Shown here in pieces: positions 55,088-64,000 of a DNA stretch of 64,000 bases (the stretch's first letter is position 1; each line of letters begins with the position of its first letter). The DNA is from an uncultured delta proteobacterium. GTDB taxonomy: Bacteria; Desulfobacterota; RBG-13-43-22. Both the position numbers and the translations under genes were made by a program. The stretch is from NCBI GenBank assembly GCA_963843145.1, contig CAWJJC010000019.1:38652-102651 (forward strand). Direction: 5' to 3'. The notes beneath the pieces were generated by a model that was not told the origin of the DNA, searched no databases, and saw nothing but the letters and a program-made list of their open reading frames with translations.

Positions 55088-55531
55088 TCAACTCTTGGAC
55101 TTGTATTCCGTAAATCCGATGAAGCTGAACAGCCAGGTCCAGACCAAATCGATCAGGAACAGAAACAACCCCAGAAAAAACATCGTACACAACACCACAA
55201 CGGTCGCCTGAAGCACTTCCTGCCGACCCGGCCAGGTCACTTTCTCCAATTCCGATTCCACGGAAACAAGAAAATCGGCAAACCGCGGGAAGTTCACAAC
55301 TCGAAACGCAACCCAGCAGCAGAACAGCCCAAACTGCCACCGGGACACCAACCTGAATACCTTCGCATACGACATCAGCGGCCCATTTGCGAGCGTAATA
55401 CACCCAAACGCAGCCACGACGGCGATCGCAAAAAACGTAAACTGGCGAACCATCCGCCCCTGATTTGACTTATAAATGCCAAATCGGAACAGCTCTGGCA
55501 GCAGTGAGGCACCCGCACTCTTGCTCGACAT
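55088..55531 (-). CDS. secE: Preprotein translocase SecE (long form)
   Basis: FLVSVESELEKVTWP, TM helices; IYKSNQGRMVRQ N-terminus. Confidence 0.9.
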   Translation of the reverse strand: MSSKSAGASLLPELFRFGIYKSNQGRMVRQFTFFAIAVVAAFGCITLANGPLMSYAKVFRLVSRWQFGLFCCWVAFRVVNFPRFADFLVSVESELEKVTWPGRQEVLQATVVVLCTMFFLGLFLFLIDLVWTWLFSFIGFTEYKSKS

Positions 55532-55607
55532 CTGACACTCGACAAAAAACTGAACCAGAAGAACGAGAAACCCACGAGACCACAACCCATGACAGCCAAC
55601 ACCAAAG

Positions 55608-55680
55608 CACGGGCGGAGGGAGTCGAACCCCCAACCGCCGGATTTGGAATCCGGTGCTCTGCCAATTGAGCTACACCCGT
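55608..55680 (-). tRNA. tRNA-Trp(CCA)
   Basis: ACGGGTGTAGCTCAATTGGCAGAGCACCGGATT-CCA-AATCCGGCGGTTGGGGGTTCGACTCCCTCCGCCCGTG; 3' CCA not encoded. Confidence 0.95.
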
Positions 55681-55703
55681 TCAGACCGTGACGACACACT
55701 CGC

Positions 55704-55856
55704 CTATTTCTTACGCGATTCTTTATGGAGCGTATGCTTTCGAAGTTTTGGGCAATACTTCATCAGCTCCAGCCGCTCCGTCCCGCGAGTTTCCTTGATC
55801 ACGCGGTAGTTCCGCTGCCCGGACTCCGTGCATTCAAGCCACACATACTCACGCAT
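55704..55856 (-). CDS. rpmG: 50S ribosomal protein L33
   Basis: MREYVWLECTESGQRNY...LELMKYCPKLRKHTLHKE. Confidence 0.95.
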   Translation of the reverse strand: MREYVWLECTESGQRNYRVIKETRGTERLELMKYCPKLRKHTLHKESRKK

Positions 55857-55909
55857 GACAAAAACCTTCTTACCAGAAACCTGAAACCACTCAGGAACCA
55901 ACGCGGCTC

Positions 55910-55950
55910 AAAAAGCAAAACTGCCTGCCGACACAACCGCCGGCAGGCAG
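55910..55950 (-). terminator. Stem-loop after tuf
   Basis: CTGCCTGCCG...CGGCAGGCAG followed by TTTTGCTTTTT on the minus strand. Confidence 0.5.
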
Positions 55951-55972
55951 CCAGAATTCACTGACACGGAGA

Positions 55973-56227
55973 CTACTTCAGAATCTTGGTCACAACGCCG
56001 GAACCCACCGTCTTGCCGCCTTCGCGAATCGCGAAAGCGACTCTGCTCTTCCATAGCGATCGGCTTACCAAGCTCAACTTCAACCTTGACATTGTCGCCA
56101 GGCATACACATTTCTGCACCACCCAGCAATTTGGTCGAACCCGTCACGTCCGTCGTGCGGAAATAGAACTGAGGACGATAGCCGGTGAAGAACGGCGTAT
56201 GACGACCTCCTTCTTCTTTGCTCAACA
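55973..56227 (-). CDS. tuf: Elongation factor Tu (3' end only)
   Basis: [38 protein letters not shown]. Confidence 0.97.
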
Positions 56228-56278
56228 AGCAATACTAAGACTGTTCAGGCGTAAGCGTTACACATAACCAATATTGCT
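56228..56278. other. Chimeric junction / nanopore adapter remnant
   Basis: AGCAATAC...TATTGCT back-to-back adapter ends; abrupt jump to very high GC. Confidence 0.85.
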
Positions 56279-57842
56279 TGGCCGATGTCCGCCGGCACAA
56301 CGCGGGCATCCAGGTGACCGAGGGCGTCGGCGCCGCGAACCCGACGCCGTCGTCGAGTACTTCTCCGCGGCGCTCTACGCCTCGACGGCGTGGCCCGAGG
56401 GCTTCCCGCGCCAGGTGGCGGCGGCCTACGACCCGGCGGCCCGGCAGCTGGTGCTGGACTGGGAGCTGCCCGGCTACGACGTCGTCCCGGAGGCCAAGTC
56501 GGTGCGGTACATGCCCAGCGCGGACCAGGACAAGGAGACCGCCCGGCCGGTGGCGCAGCGCCGGGCCGCTGTACCGGGAAGTGCTCGCGCAGTGCGTGCT
56601 GCTGGTCCTGCGCGAGCTCTTCGCCGCCGACGAGTTCGGCGCGCTGGAGTCGGTGGCGCTGAACGGCTTCGTGGACGACGCACGACCCGGCGACCGGCCG
56701 GCGGGGCCAGATCTTCCTGGCGACCGTCATGGCGCCGCGCGCCGCCTTCGGCGGGCTGCACCTGGCGCAGGTGCACGCCGTGGAGCTGCCTGGCCGACGC
56801 GCTGCGCGGGCAGCTCTCCGCCCGGCCCGACCAGCTCACCGCGGTGCGGCCCGGCCGCCGTGCCGCAGGACGTCGGCGACCGCGTCGTCGCCGCACGGCG
56901 GCGACGAGGAACCCGGACCTGTTCGACGATGGATCCGATCGCCTTCGAGGACCTGGTCGCCGAGCTGTTCCGGGCCATGGGGATGCAGGCGGTGACCACC
57001 CAGCGCTCCAACGACGGCGGGGTGGACGTCGACGCGCTGGACCCGACGCCGATCCGCGGCGGCAAGATCGTCGTGCAGGTGAAGCGCTACCGCAACACGG
57101 TGCCGCCGACCGCCGTCCGCGACCTGTACGGCACCGTGCAGGACGCGGGCGCCAACAAGGGCGTCCTGGTGACGACATCGGGGTTCGGCCCGGGCTCGCA
57201 CACCTTCGCCAACGGCAAGCCGCTGGAGCTGATCTCCGGCGCCGAACTCGTCGATCTGCTGCACCGGCACGGGCTGCGCGGGCGGCTGGGCGAGGGCGCC
57301 CGGCGGTCCGCGCAGCGAGCCGGCACCGACCGGGCCCGGACGACCCGACTGCCCGACGACTACAACGTCCTGGGCATGTCGTGGACCGGCGAGCGTCGCC
57401 CTGGACGTGTGCGCGCTCGTCTGCCACGGCGACCGCGTCCTCAGCGACGATCACTTCGTCTTCTTCAACAACCCGCAGACGCCGGACGGTTCGGTCCGCG
57501 CGCTGCCGCCGGCCGCCCCGGACAAGGCGGCGATCTGCGTCGCCTTCGACGCGCTGCCGGCGAGACGCCGACCGGTTCGTGCTGGTGGCCGCGATCGACC
57601 CGGAGGTCAACCCGGACGCCGACCTGTCCGGCTTCACCGACGCCCACATCCGGCTGCTCGACCCGAGGCGGGCCGAGCTGGGCCGGCTCGAGGTCTCCGA
57701 CGGCCGCGCCGGCGAGACCGCCTTGGTGCTCGGCTCCTTCCGCCGCAGGTCGAACGGCGACTGGGACTTCGTGATCGGCGGCAAGGGCTACGCGGGCGGC
57801 CTGGAGCAGCTCGTTCAGGACTTCGGCATCGAGGTGGAGTAG
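56279..57842 (+). CDS. Mrr-like restriction endonuclease domain fused to C-terminal TerD domain (partial, frameshifted)
   Basis: FEDLVAELF..MG, SNDGGVD, VQVKRY, VRDLYG, LELISG; DDHFVFFNN..PDG and WDFVIGGKGY. Confidence 0.8.
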
Positions 57843-58006
57843 CTGAAGCACGGCTCGGGCCGGGGGCCGAGCCGCGCCCCAGGGCGTGACGGCGCCCGGA
57901 CCCGGGAGGCGCTGGCGTTGCGTATCTGCGTGGGTCCCGGTCGCGGACGTACCGTCGTGCACGTCAGGGCCAGACTCACGTCTCACCGAAACGGCAGGAA
58001 CGCTCC

Positions 58007-59415
<1,409 letters not shown>

Positions 59416-59484
59416 CGGTCGTCCGGGTGGCGCCTCCTCCGGCAGCCACGCCTCCTCGGTCAGGTACCGATCAACGCCCGGCCG

Positions 59485-59903
59485 TCACGCGGTCGCGAGC
59501 GAGACCTCGGTCGACTTGATCAGGGCCACGACGGAGGTGCCGGGGGCCAGGGCCAGGTCGGTGACGGCGTCCTTGGTGATGGCGGACGTCAGTTCGCCAC
59601 CCGGGACGCTGACCTTGACGGAGGCCATGGCGCCGCCCGTGGCGATGTCGTCGACCGTTCCGGCGAGCTGGTTGCGGATGGACAGCCCCTCGCCGTGCCG
59701 GTGGCGAGGGAGACCTCCGTGGACTTGACCAGGGCGCGCACGGCGGAGCCCTCGGCGAGGCCGAGTTCCTTGACGGCATCCAGGGTGATCGCCGCGGTGA
59801 TGTCCTGGCCGCCGTCGAGGCGGACCTTGACCGTCGCCATGGCTTCACCCGCGGTGATGCCCGTAACGCTGCCGGGAAGCTGATTGCGGATGCTCAGGCT
59901 CAT
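59485..59903 (-). CDS. Double-TOBE molybdate-binding (Mop-like) protein (frameshifted)
   Basis: Two LSIRNQL..G....AIT..AV..LGL repeats. Confidence 0.88.
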
Positions 59904-60107
59904 GCGGAACGCCTCACAGGAAAGGTATGGAATGTCAGGCTTTGGGCCTGCATAGGCCTCACCGTAGCCGGGCTGGACGTGGCTGGTGTGAGGCGCGTCG
60001 CATCTGCGAGGTGAAGGGGAATGGGTGCCTGCAGGCCGGAGTCGCCAAAGTGTGCTGCGGGATGCCGGGGCGCTCTTGTCGCGGATCCAAGGGGGCCGAG
60101 TGCGGCG

Positions 60108-61263
60108 TCAGGCCGGATACGCGTGCGTCTGCGTCGCCTTGACCGTGGCCCAGACCGCCGCGCCCGGGTGCAGGTCCAGTTCGGCGGCGGCGACCGTCGT
60201 CAGGTCGGCGGCGAGCGGGAGTTCACCGGTGAGGTCCGCGCGGATCTGGTCGCCGTGCGTCTCCAGCCCGGCGACCTGGCACCGCCACAGGTTGCGGGCG
60301 CTGGCGCCGGTGGGCCGGTCCCGGTGCAGGGTCACCGCGCTCGGCGGGAAGGCCACGAAGGCGGGCCCCGACAGGTCCTCGCTGGTGGCGATGTCCGGCC
60401 CGGAGCCGACCCGGACGATGTGCCCGTCGGCCTGCCCCTGGTAGAGGTTGAGGCCGACCAGCCGGGCGACGTAGTCGGTACGCGGGTGGCGGGCGATCTC
60501 GGCCGGCGTGCCGTCCTGGACGACGCGGCCGTCCTCGATGACCACGAGCCGGTCGGCCAGCACCATCGCGTCCAGCGGGTCGTGCGTGACCAGTACGGCG
60601 ACGGCCTCGAACGCGGCCAGGTGGCGGCGCAGGTCGGCCCGCACGTCGAGCCGGGTGCGCGCGTCGAGCGCGGCGAGCGGCTCGTCGAGCAGCAGCAGCC
60701 GGGGGCGGTGGCCAGGGCGCGGGCGAGCGCGACCCGCTGGGCCTGGCCGCCGGACAGCCGGCGCGGCTGGCGCCGCGCGTGGTCGGCGAGGCCCATGCGC
60801 TCCAGCCACTCGGCGGCCTGCGCGCGCGCCTCCGCCTTGGGCACGCCGTGGCAGCGCGGCCCGAACGCGACGTTGTCCAGCGCGGTCAGGTGCGGGAAGA
60901 GCAGGTAGTCCTGGAAGACCACGCCGACCGGCGCGGGACTCGGGCGGCCGTGCGGTCCACGCGTGCGCCGTCCAGCCGCAGATGGCCGCCGGTGAGCGGG
61001 ACCAGCCCGGCCAGCGCGCGCAGCGCCGTGGTCTTGCCCGCGCCGTTCGGGCCGAGCAGCGCGACCACCTCGCCGGGGGCGGCGCGTCAGCGCGACGTCC
61101 AGGCGGAAGGCGCCGCGGTCGACGACCAGATGGGCGTCGAGGCCGCGGCGCGCATGCCGTCGGCCGGGGCGCCGCCGATGACGTGGTCGATGTGCGTCTG
61201 AGGCGGTCCTCCGGCGGTCGGTCGGTCCGGCGAGGGCCGTGTGGGGTCGGCGGGGCCGGTCAT
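60108..61263 (-). CDS. modC: Molybdate ABC transporter ATP-binding protein (frameshifted)
   Basis: [30 protein letters not shown]-terminal TOBE. Confidence 0.88.
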
Positions 61264-62145
61264 GCCGCCGTCATCCAGCGGTCCCGCAGCCCGGCCAGCA
61301 CCGCGACGGAGACCGCGAGCAGCACCAGGCTCAGGGCGATCGCGGCGTCCGGGTCGTTCTGCAGCGCCAGGTAGACCGCCAGCGGCATGGTCTGCGTGCG
61401 GCCGGGGAAGTTGCCGGCGAAGGTGATCGTCGCGCCGAACTCGCCGAGCGCCCGCGCCCAGGCCAGCACGGCGCCCGCCGCGATGCCCGGCGCGATCAGC
61501 GGCAGCGTGACCCGGCGGAACGCGGTGAAGCGCGAGGCGCCCAGCGTCGCGGCGGCCTCCTCGTAGCGCGGATCGGCGGCGCGCAGCGTGCCCTCGACGC
61601 TGATCACCAGGAACGGCATCGCCACGAACGCCTCGGCGACCACCACCCCGGCCGTGGTGAACGGCAGCGTGATGCCGAACCACGAGTCCAGCCACTGCCC
61701 GACCAGGCCGTTGCGGCCGAGCGCCAGCAGCAGCGCCACACCGCCGACCACCGGCGGCAGCACCAGCGGCAGCGTCACCAGCGCCCGGACGAAGCCGCCG
61801 GCCGGGGAAGTCGGTGCGGGCCAGCAGCCAGGCCAGCGGCACGCCGAGCACCAGGCAGACCGCCGTGGCCGGCGTGGCGCAGACTGCAGCGACAGCCGCA
61901 GCGCCTGCCAGACCTCCGGGCTGGTCAGCTGGTCCGGCAGGCTGCGCCAGGGCGCCCGGACCAGCAGGGCGATCAGCGGCAGCAGCAGGAAGGCCAGCCC
62001 GACCAGGGCGGGCAGCAGCAGCGGCAGCGGCACGCCGCGGCCCCGGGCGCCCGGCCGGGCACGCCGACGCCGCGGCCCGGCCCCACGGGTGTCGCCACCC
62101 GTGCAGGACCTCGGCCGCGGCGCCGGACGGGTCGGGCTCGGTCAC
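61260..62145 (-). CDS. modB: Molybdate ABC transporter permease (frameshifted)
   Basis: [31 protein letters not shown]. Confidence 0.9.
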
Positions 62146-62967
62146 GGCTTGAGGAACCCGGCCTCGGTCAGCACCTTCTGGCCCTCGGCGGACTGCACCA
62201 GCGCGATGAACGCCTGCGCGGCCGCGGCGTTCGGCGCGTCCTTCAGCGCCACGATCGGGTAGTCGTTGATGGCCTCGGCCGACTCGGGGAACTCCACGCC
62301 GTCCACCTTGCCGCCCGCGGCCTTCACGTCGGTCTGGTAGACCACGGCCGCGTCGACCTCCTTCAGCTCCACCTTCGTCAGGGCGGACTTGACGTCCTGC
62401 TCGTAGGAGACCGGGGTGAGCTTCAGGTTGCTGGCGGTCAGCGCCTTCTGCGCGGCGGCGCCGCACGGCACGGTCTTGGCGCACAGCGCGACCTTGAGGC
62501 CGGGCTTGGTGAGGTCCTTGAGGGTGGCGATTGTCGGGTTGCCGGGCAGGGTGGCGATCTCCAGCTGGTTGCGCACGAAGGTGGCCGGGGTGCCGGCCGC
62601 GTCCTTGGCGTCGGTGACCGTCTTCATGGTCTTCGGGCTGGCGGCGGCGAAGACGTCGGCCGGGGCGCCGCCGGTGATGCTCGCCGCGAGGGTGTCGCTG
62701 CCGCCGAAGTTGAAGGTCACCTTCGTGCCCGGGTACGCCTTCTCGAACTCCTTGCCCAGCGTCGTGAAGCTCTCCTTCAGCGACGCCGCGGCGAAGACCA
62801 TGACCGTCCCCGTGACCTTCTGGCGAGGCCGTGGACGCCGAGGAGCGGAGCCCGCTAGGACGACGAGTCCGGCCGGAGGAGCAGGCGCTCAGCGCCAGCA
62901 GCGCGGCGACGCCCGCGCCGGTCACCTGCATGGTCCGGCGGGTCCGGCGCGCGCAACGGGTCATCAC
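62142..62967 (-). CDS. modA: Molybdate ABC transporter substrate-binding lipoprotein (frameshifted)
   Basis: LSAC lipobox, FAAASL, GGSDTL, VPCG, VYQTD. Confidence 0.9.
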
Positions 62968-63034
62968 GGGTTTACTCCCTAAGGCTCACCTGAGAAGAAT
63001 CGGGCTGATTCTCCGGAAGCGTCCGGCGGACACT

Positions 63035-63419
63035 TCAAGGACTTTCGACGACCACATGGGTCGACTTGATCAGGGCGGCCGCAGGAACACCGGGCTCCAG
63101 CCGAAATTCCCGGCCGACCCCCGGCTCACCATGGCCACCACCGGGAACGGCCCGGCCTGGATCTCCACCCGCGCCGACACATCTCCGGGGACCACCTCGG
63201 TGAAGACGCCGGAAAGGCGGTTGCGGGCCGAGGAGCCGTTGTTCTTCCGCTCGGTGCCGCGCAGCTGCCGGGCGAAGCACGCCAGGGCCGGCCCGGAGAG
63301 GATCCGGCGGCCCACCGCGTCACCTTCGGCAGGCAGTCTCCCGGTGTCGACCAGCGCCTAATAGTGTCGGCGCGGACGCCGATCAGGGCGGCCGCGTCCG
63401 GGATCCGGTAGGTGTGCAT
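63035..63419 (-). CDS. HTH-TOBE molybdenum-responsive regulator (frameshifted)
   Basis: YRIPDAAALIGV..DTIRRW; SSARNRL, IKSTHVVVE. Confidence 0.75.
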
Positions 63420-63567
63420 GCATTGATCATACTGCCGCAGATGCAAGGCGGAAGTCTCTTGTTGCATCGCATGAGCTGGATCATGTGCAGACAGGGGTAG
63501 GCATGTGCGTTTGTATGAGAGTGCTGCGGCCGAGGCCCGGGTACGGTCATTCGGGAGGTGGTAGTCC

Positions 63568-64000
63568 GTGCGTCAATCCCTTACGGCCGCCGATCCGGTG
63601 GCAGAGTCCGCCCTGACCGGCGATGTCGCGCGCCCGGCCCGGCTGACGGTGCCCGATCTGCTCGACTGGCCCCAGCACACGGCGCGGGTCAGCTTCGAGT
63701 GCGCCACCAGCGGCGTCCAGGAGCACAGCTTCGCGGGCCCGCTGCTGCACGACGTCCTGCATGACGCCGGGCCCGGCTTCGACCCCGCCCGCCGCAAGGA
63801 CCGGCTGCGGTTCCTGATCGCGGTGACCGGAGCGGACGGCCATCACGCCCTGCTGTCCTGGGCGGAGATCGACCCGGACTTCGGGCAGGCCCCCGTCCTG
63901 CTCGCCGTCACCATCGACGACTCGCCTCTCGACCGGGCCGGACCCCAGCTCGTCCTGCCCCAGGACCGCTGCGGGGCGCGGCACATCAGCGGCATCAACG
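63568..64000 (+). CDS. Molybdopterin-dependent oxidoreductase-like protein (runs off window)
   Basis: LTGDVARP..LTVPDL, GPLLHDVL, GADGHHALLSWAEIDPDFG, PQLVLPQDRCGAR. Confidence 0.7.
   Translation, partial: MRQSLTAADPVAESALTGDVARPARLTVPDLLDWPQHTARVSFECATSGVQEHSFAGPLLHDVLHDAGPGFDPARRKDRLRFLIAVTGADGHHALLSWAEIDPDFGQAPVLLAVTIDDSPLDRAGPQLVLPQDRCGARHISGIN

Overview
The window is almost certainly a chimera of three unrelated genomes joined at two degraded Oxford Nanopore adapter remnants (about 45232-45268 and 56228-56278), and it contains many single-base indel frameshifts typical of unpolished long reads. Segment 1 (1 to about 45231) looks deltaproteobacterial/Thermodesulfobacteriota (inferred). 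It carries ettA, tRNA-Lys, housekeeping genes, c-di-GMP and sigma54 signalling genes, and a Wza/Wzc-type (PEP-CTERM-like) exopolysaccharide locus that runs into a string of toxin-antitoxin and small accessory genes. Segment 2 (45269 to about 56227, minus strand) is a Planctomycetota-like tuf-rpmG-tRNA-Trp-secE-nusG-rplKAJL-rpoBC cluster. Segment 3 (56279-64000, very GC-rich) is Streptomyces-like, with an Mrr-TerD fusion, lpdA and a molybdate ABC locus. The most interesting signal is in segment 1: a dense set of periodic (7-bp and 9-bp) inverted-repeat elements. Heptamer arms enclose four-helix-bundle (IVS/Avd-like) genes. A ~210-bp twin-hairpin element with 9-bp-periodic arms flanks a GxxExxY nuclease-like gene and also occurs empty. 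Hairpins of 9-mers fill nearly every EPS-operon spacer from stop codon to start codon. ~120-bp direct repeats separate TA modules like cassettes. One ~200-nt stack of heptamer arrays sits in frame inside a DegT aminotransferase. That these form a mobile or RNA-level system is inference.
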